This document shows positions 57,907 through 64,000 of a stretch of DNA of 64,000 nt, piece after piece; the stretch's first letter is position 1; every line of letters begins with the position of its first letter. A program made the translations under genes and the position numbers. Under the pieces are notes generated by a model that was not told the origin of the DNA, made no database searches, and was given only the letters and a program-made list of their open reading frames with translations. This stretch comes from an uncultured bacterium (GTDB lineage: Bacteria; Patescibacteriota; Saccharimonadia; UBA4664; SCTI01), in NCBI GenBank assembly GCA_963721685.1, contig CAVRJJ010000005.1, positions 311,367 through 375,366 on the forward strand. Direction: 5' to 3'.

Positions 57907-59223
57907 TTGAAAAAACAGACAATCCGTTGGTTGGCTTTAGCTACCACCGTGGTACTGGCGCTTCCAATGCTCGTTCACTGGTACACTCAAAGTGCGCTTC
58001 CTGCCTCCAGCTCCTCTGAGTATTTAATAGCCTTCGGCCGGTTGGCCGGGATGGTGGCAACCTTTGGTGTATTGATGCAGCTCATCCTGATGTCCCGGCT
58101 TCCCGGGCTGGAGCGGGGACTGGGCTTAGAGCGCCTGGTTACCATCCACCGCTTCAATGGGTATACCATTTTTTACGCCTTGCTGGCCCATCCGGCACTG
58201 TTGGTCTTAGGCTACCAAATTAACGGGATGCCGGGCCTGCTTCAGCAGTATTTTGATTTTATTCTTCATTATCCTGACGTATGGCGAGCCTGGATAGGTA
58301 GTATTTTGCTGTACGCGGTGGTCGCGAGCTCAATTGTGGTTGCCCGCCGGCGGTTGCGCTATGAGTGGTGGTACGGCATTCATTTAATGGTCTACGCCGG
58401 TATTTTGCTTGGTTTTGGCCATCAGTTAAAAATTGGCGGTGATTTTATTGGGCATGATTGGTTTATATTGTATTGGTATTTTCTTTATCTCATGGCTTTT
58501 GGCCTGCTTAGTTGGTTTCGGTTTGGTCGGCCCAGCCTTAGGTTGTTACGCCACCGGTTTAAGGTTAAGCGAGTCGTGCCCGAAGCCAACAATATTTACT
58601 CGATTTATCTCAGTGGCCGTAATATTGATAAGCTGCATCCTAAGCCGGGACAGTTTTTTGTATGGAGATTTTTAGACCGTGAGCGATGGTGGCAGTCGCA
58701 TCCCTTTTCAATGTCGCAGCTCCCGCGTTCAAACGAGCTGCGGCTAACATTTAAGGCGGTCGGGGATTTTACCAACCGACTGCACTTAGTGAAGCCGGGA
58801 ACGCCAGTGATGTTGGACGGACCGCGCGGGAGCTTCACATTGGATCTGGCCCGCGGCCGCAAGTTCCTCTTTTTGGCTGGCGGAATCGGTATCACGCCGT
58901 TGCGCACGATGCTTGAGGCTATGCCCAATAACTCAGATGCGCATTTGGTATATGCTGTCCGAAATGAAGCGGAGCGGGTGTTGACCGCGGAATTTGCTAA
59001 GCTCGCGGAAGAGAAAGGAGTAAAAATCTATTATCTTTTCTCGGAAGCAACCGGGCGATTAAAGGCCGATCAGCTCATCCAGCTGGTGCCGGATATTGCT
59101 GAGCGTGAGGTGTTTTTGTGCGGTCCGCAACCGATGATGGATGCGGCAACCGACATTATGGTGGGGCTGGGCGTTGATAAAGAGCATATATATTCGGAGC
59201 GTTTCGCGTTCTTAGGGATTTAG
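57907..59223 (+). CDS. ferric reductase-like transmembrane flavocytochrome with FAD/NAD(P)-binding domain
   Basis: TM His pairs (HR..G, H..Y...H); HPFS, GGIGITP and CGP..M...E.F motifs. Confidence 0.88.
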   Translation: MKKQTIRWLALATTVVLALPMLVHWYTQSALPASSSSEYLIAFGRLAGMVATFGVLMQLILMSRLPGLERGLGLERLVTIHRFNGYTIFYALLAHPALLVLGYQINGMPGLLQQYFDFILHYPDVWRAWIGSILLYAVVASSIVVARRRLRYEWWYGIHLMVYAGILLGFGHQLKIGGDFIGHDWFILYWYFLYLMAFGLLSWFRFGRPSLRLLRHRFKVKRVVPEANNIYSIYLSGRNIDKLHPKPGQFFVWRFLDRERWWQSHPFSMSQLPRSNELRLTFKAVGDFTNRLHLVKPGTPVMLDGPRGSFTLDLARGRKFLFLAGGIGITPLRTMLEAMPNNSDAHLVYAVRNEAERVLTAEFAKLAEEKGVKIYYLFSEATGRLKADQLIQLVPDIAEREVFLCGPQPMMDAATDIMVGLGVDKEHIYSERFAFLGI

Positions 59224-59289
59224 CGCTCCAAAACCTGTCTGGCAATTATTCTTTCTCGGTGACATAATGATTTAAGGAGCATAAGCATT

Positions 59290-60075
59290 ATGAGCCGGAG
59301 TCATCATCACGCCCGCCCCGCCCACTTCCACCAGCGACTTTATGGTTTGCTCTGCATTCCGATTGTACTCTTAATAGTCGCCTACCTTATTGCCAATCCG
59401 GCTTCAGGCGTAAATGGAGAGGTGTCTGCGCTTTCAGTTATCGCTGCCCTCTTTGTTAGCGTCGCGCGTTTAACGGCAGCTTTTGTATTGGCCTTGATAG
59501 TGGCTGTTCCTTTTACGTTGTTAATTCACCGCAGCGCCTTAATTGAACGCAGCGTTATGCCCATGGTGGATACCGCGTATTCATTGCCGGTATTAGCGTT
59601 CTTTCCCGTCGTAATTATTTTCTTTAACCAGTATCACTTTTTAGAAGGGGCGGCGATATTTTTAATTTTTATAACCATGGTGTGGGCGCTGGTAATTAAC
59701 AGCGTGAATGGGTTGCGGATGATCCCTGAGGACATTCACGACGCGGCCGAAGCGTTTGGTATCCGCGGGCTGACAAAAATTCGACATGTAGTGCTGCCAG
59801 CTATTCTTCCCTCACTAATTAACGGTTCGTTATTGGCATGGGCGGTAAGCTGGAATGTGCTCCTTGTTGCCGAAGTGCTGCACAACTACACTCCGGGGAG
59901 AAGTGCCAATAATGACCTTTTTGGGATTGGCAGCGTAATTGTTAACGCCTCGGCGGCTGGACAAAATGCCGTGTTTATTGGCGCTGTCGGTGTGATGTTA
60001 TGCGCCATCCTGCTAATGAATTTCTTTATTTGGCAGCGCCTGCAAGACTATGCCGAACGGTACCGCTTTGAGTAA
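59290..60075 (+). CDS. ABC transporter permease (nitrate/sulfonate-type)
   Basis: DAAEAFG...VVLPA.LP (EAA motif); W..L.VAE. Confidence 0.88.
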   Translation: MSRSHHHARPAHFHQRLYGLLCIPIVLLIVAYLIANPASGVNGEVSALSVIAALFVSVARLTAAFVLALIVAVPFTLLIHRSALIERSVMPMVDTAYSLPVLAFFPVVIIFFNQYHFLEGAAIFLIFITMVWALVINSVNGLRMIPEDIHDAAEAFGIRGLTKIRHVVLPAILPSLINGSLLAWAVSWNVLLVAEVLHNYTPGRSANNDLFGIGSVIVNASAAGQNAVFIGAVGVMLCAILLMNFFIWQRLQDYAERYRFE

Positions 60076-60790
60076 AATCATTGATTTGCATGAGGTCCAT
60101 AAGACCTACCCTGGCGCTACGCGTCCGACCCTGCATCCGTTGTCTTTTTTTGCGCTTGAAAGCGAATTTATCGTTATTATTGGACCTTCCGGATGCGGAA
60201 AATCAACGCTGTGCCGAATTATAAGTGGGCTTGAGCAGCCAAGCGGCGGCACCATTACCCGTCCCGACGAGATCGCGATGGCCTTTCAATCCGGAGCGCT
60301 GCTGCCTTGGTTAACCGCGGCCCAGAACATTGCGCTTATTTTGGAAGCGCGGGGCCTGCCGCTGGCACAGGTTAAGCGCAAAGTCCGGTTGAACCTGGAA
60401 ATGGTGGGATTACAAAAGCTGGCCGAAGCTTATCCCCGAGAACTGTCTGCCGGGCAACGCCAACGGGTTGGTTTAGCACGGGCGTTGGCAGTGGATTCAG
60501 AGGTGTTGGTGCTGGATGAACCGTTCGCCGCGCTGGACATAAAAACCACCGCGATGCTCCATGAGGACTTGCTGAAGATGGGACAGGAAACCAGCAAAAC
60601 AATTATCATGGTTTCCCATTCAATTGAAGAAGCGGTGACACTGGCCGACCGGGTCATGCTCATGAACGCCGGACGGATTGTCCGAACGTACCACCTGGCT
60701 GATTTGCCGCACCCGCGCCGGGAGGCAGCCGAAGATTTCATTCATCAGGTGCATGCCATCAGGCGTGATTTCTTGGCCCTTGAGAACTAA
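60050..60790 (+). CDS. ABC transporter ATPase (nitrate/sulfonate-type)
   Basis: GPSGCGKST, LLPW, LSAGQRQR and LDEPF motifs. Confidence 0.92.
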   Translation: MPNGTALSKIIDLHEVHKTYPGATRPTLHPLSFFALESEFIVIIGPSGCGKSTLCRIISGLEQPSGGTITRPDEIAMAFQSGALLPWLTAAQNIALILEARGLPLAQVKRKVRLNLEMVGLQKLAEAYPRELSAGQRQRVGLARALAVDSEVLVLDEPFAALDIKTTAMLHEDLLKMGQETSKTIIMVSHSIEEAVTLADRVMLMNAGRIVRTYHLADLPHPRREAAEDFIHQVHAIRRDFLALEN

Positions 60791-60838
60791 AGTCAAGTCT
60801 TTTAATTTTACTGTCACTCCGTATAATTCAACCTATCT

Positions 60839-62470
60839 ATGACTAATACTGCGCGGGTGAAAACGCCCAAGCCAATCTCAAAATCTGTGCCGTGGTGGCA
60901 GACCGCGGTTATTTACCAACTCTATGTCCGGTCGTTTTTTGACACTAATGCCGATGGGGTGGGGGATTTGCCTGGGGTTATCGCTAAACTTGGTTATTTA
61001 GGTGAGCTGGGGGTTGACGCGATCTGGCTTTCACCGATTACCGAAAGTGCCAATGTGGATTGGGGCTATGACGTATCAGACTATTACACAATTGATCCCA
61101 CTTTAGGCAGCATGGATGATTTTGAGCAGCTTATGAGTGAAGCTGATAAGGCTGGGATCAAAATTATTATGGATCTTGTTCCGAACCACACGAGCAATAA
61201 GCATCCTTGGTTTCAGAGCGCGTTAACCGGGCGTCACGCCAAGTACCGTGACTACTATATCTGGGCCGACCCAAAACCCGATGGCCGTCCACCTAATAAT
61301 TGGCGAGCCTCGAATGACGGTGGAAGCACCTGGGAATACCATTCGGCCACAGGACAGTACTACCTCCATAATTTTTTTAAAGCCCAGCCCGACCTCAACT
61401 GGCGTAATCCCGCCGTATTGAAAGAATTTGATAAGATAATGCGGTTTTGGTTAGACAAAGGGGTGGCTGGTTTCCGCCTTGATGTTTTTAATATGATTAT
61501 TAAGGATTCAAGTTTTCGCGATAACCCCAAAAGCCTAAAAACCGATGAGCCCGAAATTCGCCTGTACCGCCAACGGCCAATTTACAATACTTCCCAGCCC
61601 GAAGTCCACAGCATTTTAAAAAGGTGGCGGCTGACTACCGACGACTACCCTGGGGACCGCTTACTGTTGGGCGAAACCAACCGGGTTTACGACATGAAGG
61701 TGGTTGCCAGCTTTTACGGCAACCAAAACGAACTTCAACTTATATTTAATTTGGCATTCGTGGATGCCCCTTTTAAGGCGCCTCAATTGCGCGATCTTGT
61801 AACTAAGACCGAAACCGAGTTTGCCGGTAAGCATTGGCCAGCTTGGACTGGCTCAAACCACGATAAGCCCCGTTTGGCGTCCCGGTGGGCAGCTGGCGAT
61901 GAACGCAAGATCCGGGCAGCTCTTTTGATGCTCTTAGGGTTGCGGGGGACACCGGTCCTTTATTATGGTGATGAACTGGGCATGGAAGATGTTTATATCG
62001 CCCCTTGGCGCTTGAAGGATCCCCAGGGGCGAAAATATTGGCCGGTAAACGGGGGGCGTGACCGTGCGAGGACACCAATGCCGTGGAAAAACCAGTTTGG
62101 CGCCGGATTTACCGAAGAGGGGGTCAGGCCATGGTTACCATATGGCGATTTGCGTGTCCGCAGCGTGGCTTCCCAAAACAACCATGCCGACTCAACCCTG
62201 CAATTTTCCAAAGACTTAATTAGTTTTCGGCGAAACGATGCCGATTTGCTCCTCGGGGAATATGAGGGTATTCCCACCACCGAATCGGTCTGGGCATGGA
62301 AGCGGGGGAAGAATACGGTTGTGGCTATTAATTATTCTAACTACCACCATGAGATAAAAAACATGAGCGGTAAGATTATTATTGGCACTCAGCGGGAGCG
62401 TGAAGGAGAGGACCTGAAAGCATTATTACATCTGGATCCCTGGGAAGGAGTAATTCTTAAAATTAAATAG
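60839..62470 (+). CDS. GH13 alpha-glucosidase
   Basis: WW..AVIYQ.Y.RSF, PNHTS, GFRLDV, SNHD and RD..RTPMPW motifs. Confidence 0.92.
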   Translation: MTNTARVKTPKPISKSVPWWQTAVIYQLYVRSFFDTNADGVGDLPGVIAKLGYLGELGVDAIWLSPITESANVDWGYDVSDYYTIDPTLGSMDDFEQLMSEADKAGIKIIMDLVPNHTSNKHPWFQSALTGRHAKYRDYYIWADPKPDGRPPNNWRASNDGGSTWEYHSATGQYYLHNFFKAQPDLNWRNPAVLKEFDKIMRFWLDKGVAGFRLDVFNMIIKDSSFRDNPKSLKTDEPEIRLYRQRPIYNTSQPEVHSILKRWRLTTDDYPGDRLLLGETNRVYDMKVVASFYGNQNELQLIFNLAFVDAPFKAPQLRDLVTKTETEFAGKHWPAWTGSNHDKPRLASRWAAGDERKIRAALLMLLGLRGTPVLYYGDELGMEDVYIAPWRLKDPQGRKYWPVNGGRDRARTPMPWKNQFGAGFTEEGVRPWLPYGDLRVRSVASQNNHADSTLQFSKDLISFRRNDADLLLGEYEGIPTTESVWAWKRGKNTVVAINYSNYHHEIKNMSGKIIIGTQREREGEDLKALLHLDPWEGVILKIK

Positions 62471-62549
62471 CCGCGCTTAATGAAAACTATGTTTACAAGC
62501 ATAATGCATCTCATATATGATATGGATGAAGTTAACACAGTGAGTTTCC

Positions 62550-64000
62550 ATGTCTGTACCAGCTCCCGTAAAGGTAACAACTACCCCCGAAACCATAAAA
62601 ATTGGACAGCGCATCACTGAATTGCGCGAGGCCAAGCTGCTTACCCAGACGGCTCTAGCCAACCTGCTTGGTACCAGCCAGAGCGCGGTTGCCCGCATGG
62701 AAAAAGGCGACCAGAACATAAGTACTAAAATGCTGGTAAAGATGGGCGAGGTGCTTGATGCCGAAATAATTGCCTTACCAAGCCATGGGCTTAACTTTAA
62801 AGTTGAAGGAGGCCGTAAACTGGCGGGAACGGTTAACACCAATACCTCTAAAAATTCAGCGGTGGTAATGCTTTGCGCGGCATTATTGAACCGTAATACC
62901 ACTACTTTAAAACGTATGCCGCGGATTGAAGAAGTTAACCGCGTAATTGAGGTGGTGGAAAGTTTGGGCGTGCACATAAAATGGCAAGGAAACGACGTGG
63001 TCGTTACTCCGCCCAAGCGCCTAAAGCTGGAGAATATAAATGTTAAAGCGGCCGTACGAACCCGCAGTGTCTTGTTATTGCTTGGGCCGCTGGTGCACCT
63101 GCTTGCCGAATTTAAGCTGCCCCAGGCAGGCGGGTGCCATTTAGGCGCCCGCACCGTCCGCCCCCATCTGTACGCCTTGGAAAAGTTTGGCGTGGCGATT
63201 GAAGCTAAAAGTAATAGCTACGCGGTTACCGCCCGCAAGCTTGAAGCGGCGGAAGTCGTGCTGTACGAATCCGGCGACACAGTCACCGAGAATGCCTTAA
63301 TGGTGGCAGCCCGGCTCCCCGGAAAAACCACAATCAAGTTCGCCTCGGCCAATTATATGGTGCAAGACCTGTGTGTTTTTCTGCAAACCCTGGGAGTTCG
63401 AATTGAAGGCATTGGAACCAGCACTTTGCGCGTATGGGGGAAGCCGGTAATCGATAAGCAAGTAAGTTACGGCATTAGCGAGGACCCCATTGAGTCCATG
63501 CTGTTTATTACCGCCGCCATCATGACCAAGTCCCAAATTACCATTAAGCGGTGTCCCATCGAGTTTTTGGAGCTAGAACTACTCAAGCTGGAAAAGATGG
63601 GCTTTGAATATACCCGCAGTGCCAAGTATCCGGCAGCTAATGGCTATACTTGGTTGGTTGACCTGGAGACCTTTCCTTCTAAGCTGACGGCGCTGGAAGA
63701 AAAAATCCACCCCAGTATCTATCCGGGATTGAATATGGACAACCTACCTTTTTTCGTGCCTATCGCTACCCAGGCGAAAGGTCAAACTCTGATTCACGAT
63801 TGGCCTTATGAAAACCGCGCTATCTACTACATGGAACTCACCAAGTTAAACGCCCAGCTAATCTTAGGTGATCCGCATCGGGTATTTGTAAATGGTCCCA
63901 CGAAGCTGCGCTCGGCTGAAGTGATTTGTCCTCCGGCACTTCGTCCGGCAGCTATTATTTTAATTGCGATGCTGGCCGCCCAGGGCACCTCAATCTTGCG
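62550..64000 (+). CDS. murA: XRE-HTH fused UDP-N-acetylglucosamine 1-carboxyvinyltransferase (3'-partial; missing from the ORF track)
   Basis: Manual translation: IGQRITELRE...TQ..LA..LGTSQSAVARMEKG, then KNSA and GGCHLGAR (catalytic Cys). Confidence 0.93.
   Translation, partial: MSVPAPVKVTTTPETIKIGQRITELREAKLLTQTALANLLGTSQSAVARMEKGDQNISTKMLVKMGEVLDAEIIALPSHGLNFKVEGGRKLAGTVNTNTSKNSAVVMLCAALLNRNTTTLKRMPRIEEVNRVIEVVESLGVHIKWQGNDVVVTPPKRLKLENINVKAAVRTRSVLLLLGPLVHLLAEFKLPQAGGCHLGARTVRPHLYALEKFGVAIEAKSNSYAVTARKLEAAEVVLYESGDTVTENALMVAARLPGKTTIKFASANYMVQDLCVFLQTLGVRIEGIGTSTLRVWGKPVIDKQVSYGISEDPIESMLFITAAIMTKSQITIKRCPIEFLELELLKLEKMGFEYTRSAKYPAANGYTWLVDLETFPSKLTALEEKIHPSIYPGLNMDNLPFFVPIATQAKGQTLIHDWPYENRAIYYMELTKLNAQLILGDPHRVFVNGPTKLRSAEVICPPALRPAAIILIAMLAAQGTSIL

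Noticed and set aside
62477-63154. 225-aa minus-strand ORF
   Set aside because: Antisense shadow of the XRE-murA gene.

Overview
About 64 kb of bacterial chromosome. It is most likely a Patescibacteria/CPR genome (Saccharibacteria-like), inferred from the monoderm-type type IV pilus operon without pilQ, a short TsaB, an XRE-MurA fusion and many apparently leaderless genes. In order, the window holds: yebC-ruvCAB; a type IV pilus operon (pilB, pilC, pilins, pilMNO); a lamin-tail surface protein, tsaE, tsaB, rny, ymdB and HU; a tRNA cluster (Pro, Gly, Arg, His) containing an unannotated structured element that ends in an Ala-type minihelix-CCA; a tandem array of small integrase-less modules after tRNA-His, delimited by a ~90-bp repeat that ends in the tRNA 3' end and encodes a conserved peptide on the minus strand; GH13 glucosidases; a MarR/cupredoxin locus; a ~16 kb WxL-like surface-protein cluster with a 1286-aa adhesin; a variant FMN riboswitch on a DMT transporter; pgl; a stand-alone LeuA-type regulatory domain behind a Leu-rich leader peptide and attenuator; GT4/GH57/GH15 alpha-glucan genes; NDH-2 and a flavocytochrome; an ABC transporter; and a partial XRE-murA. 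All calls come from reading motifs by eye; no searches were run.
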